A stretch of DNA of 64,000 bases, taken from Ylistrum balloti (taxonomy: Eukaryota). The notes under the pieces are model-generated. The model saw only the letters and a program-made list of their open reading frames with translations. It searched no databases and was not told the DNA's origin. Below are positions 1 through 14,353 of the stretch, piece after piece. Numbering within the stretch: position 1 is the first letter of the stretch; every line of letters starts with the position of its first letter. The translations under genes were made by a program, and so were the position numbers. Location of the stretch: contig NW_026782707.1 of NCBI RefSeq assembly GCF_031769215.1, positions 620,001-684,000 on the forward strand. Direction: 5' to 3'.

Positions 1-720
1 AACAGACATACTAACGAGCATCAAACACGTCCAGCTTCATATCACACAACGGAACCAACAGGCAAACTAACGAGTATCAAACACGTCCAGCTTCCTATCG
101 TACAACAGAACCAACAGGCAAACTAACGAGTATCAAACACGTTCAGCTTCGTATCGTACAACAGAACCAACAGGCAAACTAACGAGTATCAATCACGTCC
201 AGCTTCGTATTGTACAACAGAACCAACAGACATACTAACGAGCATCAAACACGTCCAGCTTCATATCACACAACGGAACCACCAGGCAAACTAACGAGTA
301 TCAAACACGTCCAGCTTCGTATCGTACAACAGAACCAACAGGCAAACTAACGAGTATCAAATACGTCCAGCTTCGTATCGTACAACAGAACCAACAGGCA
401 AACTAACGAGTATCAAACACGTCCAGCTTCGTATCGTACAACAGAACCAATAGGCAAACTAACGAGTATCAAACACGTCCAGCTTCGTATCGTACAACAG
501 AACCAACAGGCAAACTAACGAGTATCAAACACGTCCAGCTTCATATCGTACAACAGAACCAACAGGCAAACTAACGAGTATCAAACACGCCCAGCTTCGT
601 ATCATACAACAGAACAAACAGACAAACTAACGAGTATCAAACACGTCCAGCTTCGTATCATACAACAGAACAAACAGACAAACTAACGAGTATCAAACAC
701 GTCCAGCTTCGTATCGCACA
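1..720. repeat. 56-bp minisatellite, ~13 copies (extends past the window edge)
   Basis: Unit AACAGGCAAACTAACGAGTATCAAACACGTCCAGCTTCGTATCGTACAACAGAACC; intron 15 of gene A. Confidence 0.95.
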
Positions 721-1060
721 AAGAAATGGATTTTTTTTCTCAATGAAGTCGCTGTGACGATCGTTAATCTTCAACTACAATTTTCATGAATCACCTTTGA
801 AAGCGTTTGTTACGAATTTGCCATCAGTTGACGACTTTTTGCACGAAAATCGAGATCATGGGAATAGACTTCATTGACGCATCATTGTTTCTTACTTCTT
901 TTTTTCAATTCAAAGCAAACTACTGCAGTATGTAACATTTTATTAAAAATTGTTGTGACAGCGAGCAGAAAAAACTTGTTTTACAAAGCTCTCAATAGTG
1001 AGTATCCGTAAGAGACATGCCAATATTTAGCCATATGTGTTTCTGTGGATACCAACATAC

Positions 1061-2036
1061 CCCTGGTAACTCGACATCCAGTAGCAATCAACTCATCAGA
1101 CTTTAGAACTCTATATTCGTTCACAGCCATGACATCTTTTGGTTCAGTCTTGTAATCATAGCTGAAAACTTTTCCATTGTCCCATTCAACCCACACCTTA
1201 CCTACAAACAAAACGTAGCACTCATTATATTTCTGGTGGAATGTTCTTGTTCCAACCATATTTGGTAAGTAAGACTCTGACAGAAGACGTTCAAACTGGA
1301 GGAAAAATCAGGACTAGTATTAGATAGAACATCCCAATAATATAACTTTTAGGCAAGTATTTCTTTCTCATTTTAACACATGTTGAAAGATCTGTATCCT
1401 GGTAGTGTAACAACATATTATCCCGTTGTCAGTATGATGTGCACGGTGCAGTCGGTAGTGTACTTCGGTGTGGTAGCACCAGTTCAGGCAAGTTTATTTA
1501 TATATATATATACCTATTAAGATTTCTATGATGTTAACTTATAAAACAAAATGTTTATATCTTTGTAGGGTATGATGTAATATTCAAGCCTTATAAATCG
1601 TTTCAGTATCTCGTTTACAAGTCCCGAAGGGACCGTAATCGGATCACTGAATGAAAACGTTGGAAGAGAATACGACCATGTGTTCCGGAAGAGTAAGTGT
1701 TTTCTGCTTCATCGACTGCCCGATTGGGAACGCGGTAAACAAGGTCGTTACTGTATTCAATGAAGATTTATAGATATAGGAAATTCCTTCATTGGGTTTT
1801 AAACTATCAAATGCAAGTTGATATCGTAATATATATTGAATTAGAATAAATCAACTACCGTCCTTTCCATGGGAACAGACGGTCCCCATGCCCTTAGAAT
1901 CTTGATCTTCGTACTTCCAGCCAGAACCACGTCGCACGCGAGTTCCAAGGGCAGGTAAGTCATCGTCATGTTCCATAGCAAGCACCAGGTCAGGTAACTC
2001 AGGCACAAAATCGTGCATAATTTCTAGAATTTCAAC
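1061..2036 (-). CDS. MIB/HERC2 domain 1 and start of domain 2, gene A
   Basis: LPALGTRVRRGSGWKYEDQDSKGMGTV...KVWVEWDNGKVFSY...IATGCRVTRG matches the MIB/HERC2 pattern GxRVxRGxDWxWxDQDG..G.V..V.W..G....Y. Confidence 0.85.
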
Positions 2037-5000
2037 CTATATAGAAAGACAACATGTGGATATTTCCTCGTCAATTTCGTTAAAAATAGAAATAACACAT
2101 ACAGAGGATTCCATAAAGACTTCCTCAACAGTTCCGTTTTATATCATGATTAAAGTCGTTTATCAGAAATAGCATAGACAGATACTATCTCAAAATTTCC
2201 GCCTTCTTTTACACGGAACAGGGAGACATTCACACCAGTTCCAAAACAGGGAAAAATAAATAAATGCTTTTTTTTTATCTGTTACGTTTATAAACAACAA
2301 GAATATTTATAGAAACTGTATCGCTAATTTTGTCAGAAATAATGTATATGTGGATTTCTCACCAGTTTATGGAGAAAGGGTTCTAAAAAGTACGTTTCTG
2401 TTAGTGTTCTTGAAATTGTGTACAGAAATGTAGTAAAGTATGTATTATTGTTTTTATAATGAGTAATTGGTATAGAAGGTAATTAATGGTTTTCCGTTGA
2501 AGATTAGATACATTTCACAAATGACGGACTATCTACATTGCTTATTTTAACAGGCGCGTAGCATGAAAAACACATATATTGTATCATACGAGTGAAATAT
2601 ATATACTATTGAACGAGAAACCAATAAATTAATTTTCTTTTTATTACATTGTAAAAGGAAACCAAATAATAGAAAAATGATCTAAACATCAAGTAAGGCG
2701 GTAATAAAATATTAGTACTCCCTTTGACATAAGCTTGTTTGACATTACGTTTGACAACAACACGACTCGACATTGAATATTGTATTCTACCATTGTATGC
2801 TGTTATCTAGTTAGTATCGAACGAAAGGGGTTTTTTTTACAGCAAATAAAAGAAAATCAAAAATATACATTAGAATTACTCGATAGAAATCAACCTACGC
2901 TTACAGGGAAATTGGCGAATTGCAGCACCGCCTCGGTCTGTCAAAGGTTCAAAGTTCATGTCATCGATGGGAAAGTTATATCATCACTAGTGATATAAGA
3001 CCAAGTTATAAACATTTCCGTATAACGTGAACTTAAGTTTGCATGTTCTCTTATGACACTCAGAGTGTGCTTTACTGTGTTCTTTGCGTGCATATTAACA
3101 TGATAGGAACATTACCTTATCTTCTTCTGTAAAATGCTCCTGGTTTTGGTCTCTTTCAAACAGCAAACGCAGAATGAAATTATTTGGTAGGAAACCCAGA
3201 CTTCTGCTAACCCCCAACAGTAGCAGAGCAGCTGATATCTAGAATGTAATATGTAATAAAACCTGGCCTTAATAAAGGGTTTCAAATATTTTCCTTCAGT
3301 GTGATTTCACTACATGTTTTTTTTTCAATTAAGCCTATCATCCTTTATTTCCAAAGTTCAAGAGAAATGATTAATACATGATATTTTTTGCTGATACAGC
3401 AACTCAAACAAGCACGACGTGGTTCATACTGCCCCACATGCAAATGAACAAAAATAAAAACAGACAAAATATGATCATCCATGACACAGAGGTATAGTGT
3501 TGTAATTAGGGTAATCATTACTGATCTGTCAATATGTCCATTGACTTTGTATCAAAGAGGATCTGGTATACATTTACCTTCTTATAATGTAATCCGTCAT
3601 GATAAACTGTTGGTAAAATATCATTTGTATTTTTAAAGAGTTAAGAACATATACATGTAGATCCTCATTGTCATTTGTCTCTGTATCGGTTATATAAAAC
3701 TCAGTTCTGGGAGGATTCTAAATGCTAGGACTTCGCAACAGGCAAAAAACATTATAGTATGATACGTACTTTTCTCATTGACAATCCCAAAAGTTTATCA
3801 ATCGCGCTCGGAAGGTACACTTTTCCTGATGTGATTTTGGATATGGTTTCCAAGGCAGTCTGTACCAAATATTTCATATAAACAAAAATAAGAATATTAT
3901 TGGAAAAATAAGCTGTTATACTTCAGTCTCCAAACTGCTTGTTTGTAAGCGGCCAATAAAAATGTGATGGAATCTGACAACGTGAAAATGTTGGTTCAAA
4001 ATAGCACCATGGATGTGTTTTTATTTTGAGTCATTGACATTTTAATTTTTTTATATGAAATTCATTATATAGTTCCAATGTGATTATAAATACATTCTGA
4101 ATGCACAGTTTTACGGAATAGGAATTGTAGAAAATCAATAAGACATGAAGTAGGAGACGCGCTTTGTACAGATATTCTTTAACATTGCATACCTGATCTG
4201 CATTTCCCACAGGAACACAATACACTCGGTTCCGCCGTTGCTTTAGATTTTCACAGACTGCCTTTTGATTGGAGTCCACCTTCACGATAAAAGATAATAT
4301 GTTTTCAACAAGGTAGCTATCCAGTAGTGAAAAAGGACATGTATAACATTGAAATACCAAACCCATGTAGATAACAGTAACACAACATTAGTGCGATACA
4401 TAGAAGACAAGGTAGTGTTATTGAATTAGCGTTTCAAACCTAAAAACAATGAATTCATTTTTTACAACCTTTTGAATGCATTATCCTATAAAATACTGAG
4501 CCGACAAACTAATTCAACTTCGACGCATTTCTGAATTGAACATAAAAATATTAACACACACACACATATATATGATACAGTTGATGTGTGATACAAATGA
4601 TTGTCACTGTCATTAGTTAATATCAAATCAAAATGTGATATTTTCGATATGAAAATGTTTGGTTATGCATTTGCTCACATTCAGTTTATTTTCAATGTTA
4701 AAATTTTACAAAACATTCGTAGATCTGATTGTGTCACTGGGTATTAACTGGTCATATGTCTACATATTAAATTATAATGTGTAGATCATGTTTTCCAATG
4801 GAACTGATTTATTTATATTGACAAAGTGTTTTCTATTTTAAGTTCAAGATGTATATATTTATATAAATGAATAATAAACTCATAAAACATGTTAAACTAC
4901 ATTAAAAACTGATAAAATATCACAGTTATTGTTGATAAAAGACTTTATTGCATTTTTGGTACTATCATAAAGGTGTTCGCAAACGTTTACAATGAGCTTA

Positions 5001-8000
5001 GATGCTAGGTCATTGTTGCTCTCCGCCATCAAATCTTGTCCTGCTTTGACATGGTCAGGAGTGCCTTTCCCGTCTGATATCAACACAATCTGTGGTGATA
5101 TCATCAAATGGCCCAAAGACATATGTTTACCTGGTTTAAAACAAAAACAAAACCGTGATTAACGGGGAGAAGACATTTCATTTTGCTTGCTTTTAAGAGC
5201 AGTTTTGAAGAAAATTCTCTTGATGGTTTCAGATTCCTCCAACAACAATGAAATACCAAATTCCACCACACATTTAGTATACCGGGAAAAGATATGTACA
5301 AGTATGTAAAACAAATAAACCCAAAACACACACGCATAGCGAAACAGTGAAGTTTAAACTTTCTTGATACCATCAGTTTCAAACATAAAAAAAACTAATT
5401 AACAACATGCTTTATTAGGACAGGGAACTATGTGGATACTTATATGTTCCTGAGGTAAACAATTTCTGTACGACAGACAAAAGGGTTTTATAAAACGCAT
5501 TTACGCTGCATGATTTTAGAATAAACAGTTACGTAAGTTTTCTTATCATTTTCTTGTATTATTCTTCATCTAAGGTTTTGTTTTGTTTTTTCTGGAAAGG
5601 ACTTAAAGATGCGCTATACAATGTTTGATGTACCATTCCCCAAGCATCCAGCTAGGGCCACCAACAATCCACCAGCTAATGGACTTCGTCCTCGCGGTCC
5701 TTGGACACGTATTTGGCCTGGATAATAAATGGAAACAACATAAAATCAACACATTAATTTCTTTCGACGGTATGAATATACACACTAATAGGAAATTACA
5801 CAGTTGTAAAATTAACGGTGATTTCTTTGTGACTAAAGTTAAGCAATCAATAAAAAACAAAGCATGACAACAGTTTCAGACCTAATACTCTCTACAATCA
5901 GGTTCTTAACTCAAATTTTCAGTTAAGTCTACAATCAGGTTATTAACTTAAGTTTTCTGTTAAGGCTACAATCAAGATATTAAATAAAATTTTCAGTTTA
6001 GTCTACAATCAGGTTATTAACTAAAGTTTTCAGTTAAGTCTACGATCAGGTTCTTAACTAAAGTTTTCAGTTAAGGCTACAATCAGGTTCTTAACTAAAG
6101 TTTTCAGTTAAGTCTACAATCATGTTCTTAACTAAAGTTTTCAGTTAAGTCTACGATCAGGTTCTTAACTAAAGTTTTCAGTTAAGTTTACAATCATGTT
6201 ATTAACTAAAGTTTTCAGTTAAGTCTACGATCAGGTTCTTAACTAAAGTTTTCAGTTAAGGTTCTTAACTAAAGTTTTCAGTTAAGTCTACAATCAGGTT
6301 CTTAACTAAAGTTTTCAGTTAAGTTTACAATCATGTTCTTAACTAAAGTTTTCAGTTAAGTTTACAATCATGTTCTTAACTAAAGTTTTCAGTTAAGTTT
6401 ACAATCATGTTCTTAACTAAAGTTTTCAGTTAAGTCTACAATCAGTTTATTAACTAAAGTTTTCAGTTAAGTCTACGATCAGGTTCTTAACTAAAGTTTT
6501 CAGTTAAGGCTACAATCAGGTTCTTAACTAAAGTTTTCAGTTAAGTCTACGATCAGGTTATTAACTAAAGTTTTCAGTTAAGTCTACAATCAGGTTCTTA
6601 ACTAAAGTTTTCAGTTAAGTCTACAATCAGGTTATTAACTAAAGTTTTCAGTTAAGTCTACAATCAGGTTCTTAACTAAAGTTTTCAGTTAAGTCTACAA
6701 TCAGGTTATTAACTAAAGTTTTCAGTTAAGGCTACAATCAGGTTCTTAACTAAAGTTTTCAGTTAAGTCTACAATCAGGTTATTAACTAAAGTTTTCAGT
6801 TAAGTCTACAATCAGGTTATTAACTAAAGTTTTCAGTTAAGTCTACAATCAGGTTCTTAACTAAAGTTTTCAGTTAAGTCTACAATCAGGTTCTTAACTA
6901 AAGTTTTCAGTTAAGTATTCAATCAGGTTATTAACTAAAGTTTTCAGTTAAGTCTATAATCAGGTTCTTAACTAAAGTTTTCAGTTAAGTCTACAATCAG
7001 GTTCTTAACTAAAATTTTCAGTTAAGTTTACAATCAGGTTCTTAATTAATGTTTTCAGTTAAGTCTACAATCAGGTAGCTTTCTATAAATCTTTATAACT
7101 TAAGTTTGCTATCAATGTTTAAAACTTCAAGTTTACCATCAAGGTTTAGAACTTCAAGTTTACCATCAAGGTTTAGAACTTCAGTTTACTATTAAGGTTT
7201 AGAACGTAAGTATACTATCAATTTTAAGAGTAAAGTTTGCTATAATTTTAGAACTTCAGTTTACTATCAATGTTTATTACTACTTTAGTTTACTACTTAC
7301 GAAGAATTTCCTGTACAGCATTAAAGTCGTCGGTCATGTGTATCCAAACCTTCGTTTCTGCTCCAATGGTCGTCACGGAAATGTTTCCCTCAATTTTCTT
7401 AACATTTTTTAGTGCCTCCATCCCTAATTTATAAATAACTGAAGATGATTAACTCAGTATGAATTGGTTTGTAAATATTTAAGAAAAAGAACAATAGTTT
7501 ATTAGTGGTGACTGTTAATGCCGTTCATTGCCTGTTCATTCGTAACAAAACTGTTTGCATGATTGTTATTACCTTTCAATGACATACCATTTGATTTGCT
7601 GATTGCTTCAAACATCAGGCATATAATACAACTTTTACTGAACGGTACTTAGAAACACAATAATTGATATCCATAATCAAATTACCTGTGACAAAATAGC
7701 TAGCTAAGTCCATCATTTTCTCGAATGGCGCTCCCTGCATGCTAGCAGAAGTGTCTAAACACAAAACTGTGTCTGGTCCATCGTTCCTGACGAGACCGCT
7801 AACGGATCCTAGCAATAGCAATGGAAACACGAAAGGATAATACATTTTTCATTGACAGTGTAATATCGTCTTAAAGCCTTAAAGTATAAAATAGAAGTGT
7901 TTCTTAAGCCTTGCTATCAACGTCAATATTCTATCAATCGATTATTTATAATTCTACAAAAAAGTCTTTCATTTCCGTCAAAAATTAATTTAGACCAAAA

Positions 8001-11000
8001 AAGGTAATTAAAAAACTATAAGAATGCGTTAAGTGTGTAGAATGAAAGCCAGAGTAAATAATGATTAAACTATGTTTAATAGACTAATACCTGGTAGTTT
8101 ATTTAAGTACATGTAATGTGTACGCCGAACAATATATCTCAAGTGTTTTCAACATGGCTAACCCGAAGTCTTTTACATGTAATTGCATTTTTAAAATAAT
8201 CTAAAGATTCTTAAAGGAGTCGGTGTACTTTTTTCTTTGTTACCTATGACTTTTTCTGTTTCTGCATAGGTGTACCATTTTTTGAAAATGAGGTTAGCTA
8301 CGAAGTTGTTTTTCTCCATATCCGCCAATTTTCCGCTGTAGTTCTCATCTATCCCTAGGAAAGAACATTCTCTTGTTTTGTATTGATGAAGACTCAATAA
8401 AATACATTACAATTGAAAGAAGAAATTTTGCAATACTGACATATATCTTTATCTACACGGTAAAATTTACTGTCGGTATAATTCACTGTCGGTATAATTT
8501 ACTGTTGGTATAATTTACTGTCGGTAATATTCACTGTCGGTATAATTTACTGTTGGTAATATTCACTGTCGGCAATATTCACTGTTGGTATAATTCACTG
8601 TCGGTAATATTCACTGTCGGTATAATTTACTGTCGGTATAATTCACTGTCGGTATAATTCACTGTCGGTATAATTTACTGTCGGTATAATTCACTGTCGG
8701 TTATATTCACTGTCGGTATAATTCACTGTCGGTAATATTCACTGTTGGTATAATTCACTGTCGGTAATATTCACTGTCGGTATAATTTACTGTCGGTATA
8801 ATTTACTGTCGGTAATATTCACTGTTGGTATAATTCACTGTCGGTATAATTCACTGTCGGTATAATTCACTGTCGGTAATATTCACTGTTGGTATAATTC
8901 ACTGTCGGTATAATTCACTGTTGGTATAATTCACTGTTGGTATAATTCACTGTCGGTATAATTCACTGTTGGTATAATTCACTGTCGGTAATATTCACTG
9001 TCGGTATAATTGACTGTCGGTAATATTCACTGTCGGTATAATTGACTGTCGGTATAAGTTACTGTCGGTATAATTTACTGTCGGTATAATTCACTGTCGG
9101 TAATATTCACTGTTGGTATAATTCACTGTCGGTAATATTCACTGTCGGTATAATTGACTGTCGGTATAATTCACTGTCGGTATAATTTACTGTCGGTAAT
9201 ATTCACTGTTGGTATAATTCACTGTCGGTATAATTCACTGTCGGTATAATTCACTGTCGGTATAATTTACTGTCGGTAATATTCACTGTTGGTATAATTC
9301 ACTGTCGGTATAATTTACTGTCGGTAATATTCACTGTTGGTATAATTCACTGTCGGTAATATTCACTGTTGGTATAATTCACTGTTGGTATAATTCACTG
9401 TCGGTATAATTTACTGTCGGTATAATTTACTGTCGGTAATATTCACTGTTGGTATAATTCACTGTTGGTATAATTCACTGTCGGTATAATTTACTGTCGG
9501 TATATTTATAATTCACTGTTGGTATAATTCACTGTTGGTATAATTCACTGTCGGTAAATTCACTGTTGGTATAATTCACTGTCGGTATAATTCACTGTCG
9601 GTAACTGTTGGTAAAATTCACTGTCGGTATAATTCACTGTCGGTAATATTCACTGTCGGTATAATTCACTGTCGGTAATATTCACTGTATAAATTCACTT
9701 GGTATTCACTGTAATTCACTGTCGGTAATATTCACTGTTGGTATAATTCACTGTCGGTAATATTCACTGTCGGTATAATTCACTGTCGGTAATATTCACT
9801 GTCGGTAATATTCACTGTCGGTATAATTCACTGTCGGTAATATTCACTGTTGGTATAATTCACTGTCGGTAATATTCACTGTCGGTATAATTCACTGTCG
9901 GTAATATTCACTGTCGGTATAATTCACTGTCGGTAATATTCACTGTTGGTATAATTCACTGTCGGTATAATTGACTGTCGGTAATATTCACTGTCGGTAT
10001 AATTCACTGTCGGTAATATTCACTGTTGGTATAATTTACTGTTGGTATAATTCACTGTCGGTAATATTCACTGTCGGTATAATTGACTGTCGGTATAAGT
10101 TACTGTCGGTATAATTTACTGTCGGTATAATTCACTGTCGGTAATATTCACTGTTGGTAATATTCACTGTTGGTATAATTCACTGTCGGTAATATTCACT
10201 GTCGGTATAATTCACTGTCGGTATAATTTACTGTCGGTAATATTCACTGTTGGTATAATTCACTGTCGGTATAATTTACTGTCGGTAATATTCACTGTTG
10301 GTATAATTCACTGTCGGTATAATTGACTGTCGGTAATATTTACTGTCGGTATAATTCACTGTCGGTAATATTCACTGTTGGTATAATTCACTGTCGGTAA
10401 TATTCACTGTCGGTATAATTCACTGTCGGTAATATTCACTGTTGGTATAATTTACTGTCGGTAATATTCACTGTCGGTATAATTCACTGTCGGTAATATT
10501 CACTGTCGGTAATATTCACTGTCGGTATAATTCACTGTCGGTAATATTCACTGTTGGTATAATTCACTGTCGGTAATATTCACTGTCGGTATAATTCACT
10601 GTCGGTAATATTCACTGTCGGTATAATTCACTGTCGGTAATATTCACTGTCGGTATAATTCACTGTCGGTATAATTCACTGTCGGTAATATTCACTGTTT
10701 GTATAATTCACTGTCGGTATAATTTACTGTCGGTAATATTCACTGTTGGTATAATTCACTGTCGGTAATATTCACTGTTGGTATAATTCACTGTTGGTAT
10801 AATTCACTGTCGGTATAATTTACTGTCGGTAATATTCACTGTTGGTATAATTCACCGTCGGTATAATTCACTGTCGGTATAATTTACTGTCGGTAATATT
10901 CACTGTCGGTATAATTTACTGTCGGTATAATTCACTGTCGGTATAATTTACTGTCGGTAATATTCACTGTCGGTATAATTCACTGTCGGTAATATTCACT

Positions 11001-12853
11001 GTTGGTATAATTCACTGTCGGTATAATTCACTGTCGGTAATATTTACTGTCGGTATAATTTACTGCTATAATTTTGTTGAACAGTAATGTTTACTGAGAT
11101 AAGGTAGGTAGGTGTAAATGTATATTTTAGATATCTACCTGTCAACACTTGGATAGCTGGATAAACACTCAACACGTTATGGTAGATTGGTATACTACAT
11201 TACCGTACACCTAAACTGAAGTGATAGTATTGTATTTACCTGGCATTGTCGATGTTTGCTTTGATATCATATTCAAGACACTGAAATGAAAAGCTCACAA
11301 CAATAAGTATTTTAAACGACATTTCTGAAGTAAATCCACTTAAACATATCCTGGTACCGTAGGTAAAACAAGAATATCAGACAGATCTAAAAGGACGCTA
11401 ACCAATAATGACCATTTACCCATTAGTTGTATCGTACCTAGACCCGGTGCTTAAATTACGACTGCGTGCTAGTGCAAAGCTGCTTCCAGAGTCACGCTCA
11501 CCATACTTGATGTTCACAGTTTCTGGGTGACTTTGCGCATCTTTTCGTGAGGAAGAAGGTATATTTGGCTGATGCCCTGATTTTAACCTGTTGTCTGTCC
11601 TATCGTCTGTTAGACGACGTTTGTAGCCACGTGCGTTAACAAGTGGTGGTAGTTCATCCGATGTATCTCCAAGCGTATTCTTCACGTGCTTTTGTTTCGT
11701 GTTTCCACCACAAGTTACATTCTGTTCAGTTTCCGTTTTATCTCTCCCTGAAGAGTGTTGTTGATCAGGAGGAACTGCCTGTCCATTGTCTAACTCAAAT
11801 CTCTTTGTGGAGGGATGTCCACTTGTACGTTTCACAGAACCAGTATTATCTTCAGTTTTTGATGGTTGTTCTTGTCTTGCATGTTGTTCAGGTGTGTCTT
11901 TAATCGCGGAAAACCCTCTGAGCAGTCCATCGACTTTGCCACATAACGTATTGATGTTATTTGTAAGTCTATGTAAACTCATATCTTTTTCCTCTAGTTG
12001 TCGTAAAATGTTTTCTCCGCGAGCTGTCATTTCTGTAAACAAGCATTTTAATGAATCGTTTAACAATTGACGTAATGTATAAAACATATACAGAAAATTA
12101 CTGTCTGAGTTCGCTCTATGACCTCCGTCTCCTTATAGTTGACTTACGAAATAACAACCTTACCTGAAATTTTTCTCTCGTTATCTTCATGTACAATAGC
12201 AGACCTGTGTAACATAAGAAAATATCATACAGTATAAGCGTCTTTTAATCAGATTCAAAAATGGTAAAACTTTAGCAAAATCTGCACAGAAGAATTAATT
12301 AAATGATATATTCAATGCACTGACCAAGCACAAGAAAAAAAAATACCCACGGGGAAGTAACTCTTGATAAAGATAAAATTATGGGGGTTGTTCTTTCATT
12401 GTAATTTAACAAGTTCTCCCCTACATCCATTGTATCATATTTATATGGTACCATTGTAACCATGGTGATTTCATTTAGTAGTTACAATAAATGAGTATTA
12501 CTTGGTGATTGTGAAATCGACTAACTACTGATTTGAACAGGAGAATTCGATTCATAGCTTGATTATCACTTATATGCACATATTTCATGCTGCGTGTAGT
12601 TTAGCATTCTTACATTCAATTAGATTGTTTTCCTACCTTTGCCAGGATTCAAGTTTGTTCAGAAATTTCCTGTTGGATGTCTCAACATTTTCAAGTCCGT
12701 GACGGAATGTTTCCAGCTTAAAAGAATAGAGTTCGTTAATTTTTTTAAAGAAAAGATTTATGCTTGACAGTAGTAAACCTTATCAATTGGTGAGAAATGA
12801 CTTACCTCCACCATACACTCCGCTACAGAGACATCTCTTCCGTTACCTGACAT
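1061..12853 (-). CDS. Gene A (3'-partial): coiled-coil/low-complexity - VWA - MIB/HERC2 protein, 15 coding exons visible
   Basis: Exon chain, 2005 nt, ending in phase 1 as in the paralogues: 12853-12806, 12716-12637, 12204-12164, 12032-11438, 11280-11240, 8354-8244, 7808-7686, 7423-7301, 5717-5634, 5130-4991, 4279-4193, 3859-3770, 3238-3116, 2036-1859, 1201-1061. The exon homologous to B/C exon 16 is not in 1-1060, so the gene continues beyond the window. Confidence 0.82.
3770..7808 (-). CDS. VWA domain exons of gene A
   Basis: GPDTVLCLDTSASM (DxSxS MIDAS), NISVTTIG, GRSPLAGGL, IVLISDG, RVYCVPVG, LETISKITSGKVY: the strand/helix order of a VWA fold. Confidence 0.85.
5900..7075. repeat. 37-bp minisatellite, ~31 copies
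   Basis: Unit AACTAAAGTTTTCAGTTAAGTCTACAATCAGGTTCTT; intron 8 of gene A. Confidence 0.95.
7105..7290. repeat. Degenerate ~27-bp tandem repeat
   Basis: TTCAAGTTTACCATCAAGGTTTAGAAC and variants, just downstream of the exon 8 donor of gene A. Confidence 0.7.
8462..11070. repeat. 16-bp minisatellite, ~160 copies
   Basis: Unit CTGTCGGTATAATTCA with recurrent variants (CTGTTGG; TAATA for TATAA; TTTA/TTGA); intron 5 of gene A. Confidence 0.97.
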
Positions 12854-14240
12854 CCTCGTCTTGTTGACACGGTAACCTCACAGAATCATGGGATTTTCTT
12901 TTCACTTCATGAAACCAGGTTCCAATTGTTCCAAGCCTGATTAAAGATTTTCAAACACAAGTTACAGAAACGTCTCGGTAAAAACATGGATGTTGTTATT
13001 TATCATGCATACTTATACACTTCCAGTTATACGTCTATGCTATCCCGATATTCATAGCCGACTTCCAATGTTCAGCTTGACCACTTCTTTGATTCGGGAA
13101 ACACCTCTAAAATCTAGCGTTGAATAACGATACGCAATAGTTTTGAAAACGAGGCAGTTCATTTTGTATACACGAACACATGATGGCGGGCAGAAATGAT
13201 ATCGACAGTAGTGACACAATCAGTAAAATCCTGTTTTTCTATTTCAGATTTTGCTACGGGTGTGGCAAATGTTATTCTATAACTTTAAACAAATGCGGAG
13301 TTGCAAAATAAGTGGCATTAATCGGCAACTGATTCAGTCGAGAAGCCATTTCTGTTTACCGGCGACTGTGTATTGTGGGCATGAGTTATCATATAGGACG
13401 CAAAAATTCACATGTTCAGACTGTTGATCAGCAGATCAGGATTTTCTTTTTATAATTATTAATTAACTTCTGTTATGTGCACATTTAAGCAAACAACAAT
13501 TGTCATTGTTCATAAGTTGATACACTTCATATATTTTACATATATGGAATATAAAAAATAATAAGTAGGAGAAAGAATGGTTTTACCGAAATGTCGCTTC
13601 AACAAAATTAGAAAATTCTTTATTACTTCACAGCCGTAGGATCGTTGGGAACGGTTAGATTAATTTATTTTGAGTGTTAAGTTTGCATTGACACTATTGT
13701 TTGTAAAATGGTAACAATTTGAAGTTTCCATTAATCAGTGGTTAAGTTTTGAGCGACCGAGGTTTGATGGTGATGATTTTATAATTGTTGTCAGATTTTG
13801 TGTCAGAAGTGGCAGTATTTTCTCACCAGGAAAGACGTGAATAAATACCTGTTTAAATCGATATATTGATCTATGAACCAAATGTCTTATTCCTGACGAG
13901 TTTGTTTCAAGGGGAGGCAACCGTTCTCTGCATTTGATATTATGCGAATATTATTGATTGTACCAGGAAGGTTTATAATCCAGGTCAGGGCACACGGTAA
14001 ACATTATACATTGAAACCAGTATGAAGAAATAAATTACAGCATCCAGTTTCTACATACCTGAAATAAATCATGTTGGTGTGATGTATCAAGCTTATAAAA
14101 GTATCACGATTTAACAGCACAGAGTTGATATAACTACAATACATAACACTAATATTTACGTGTAGCAGGATAGATATCTTAACCGGTTTACCTAGTGGTA
14201 TAGACACAAATACTCCAGAAAAGTACCCTGTGGACGGTAT

Positions 14241-14353
14241 AAAGTGAGAAACGAAAGTTAAATAACACAAACCTGTCACATCATTATATTTAGTCTTCTG
14301 ACCATATTCCTTCCTAGCGCTACGTATTACGTCTATATTGATTGGGAATTTCC
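14241..14353. promoter_or_regulatory. Candidate NF-kB and IRF-like sites upstream of gene A
   Basis: Perfect GGGAATTTCC at 14344-14353; AAAGTGAGAAACGAAAGT (AAGTGA and AANNGAAA cores) at 14241-14258. Confidence 0.35.

Noticed and set aside
1680-1715. GTGTTCCGGAAGAGTAAGTGTTTTCTGC, resembling a common bivalve interspersed-repeat motif
   Set aside because: Too short to assign from memory without a repeat-library search.
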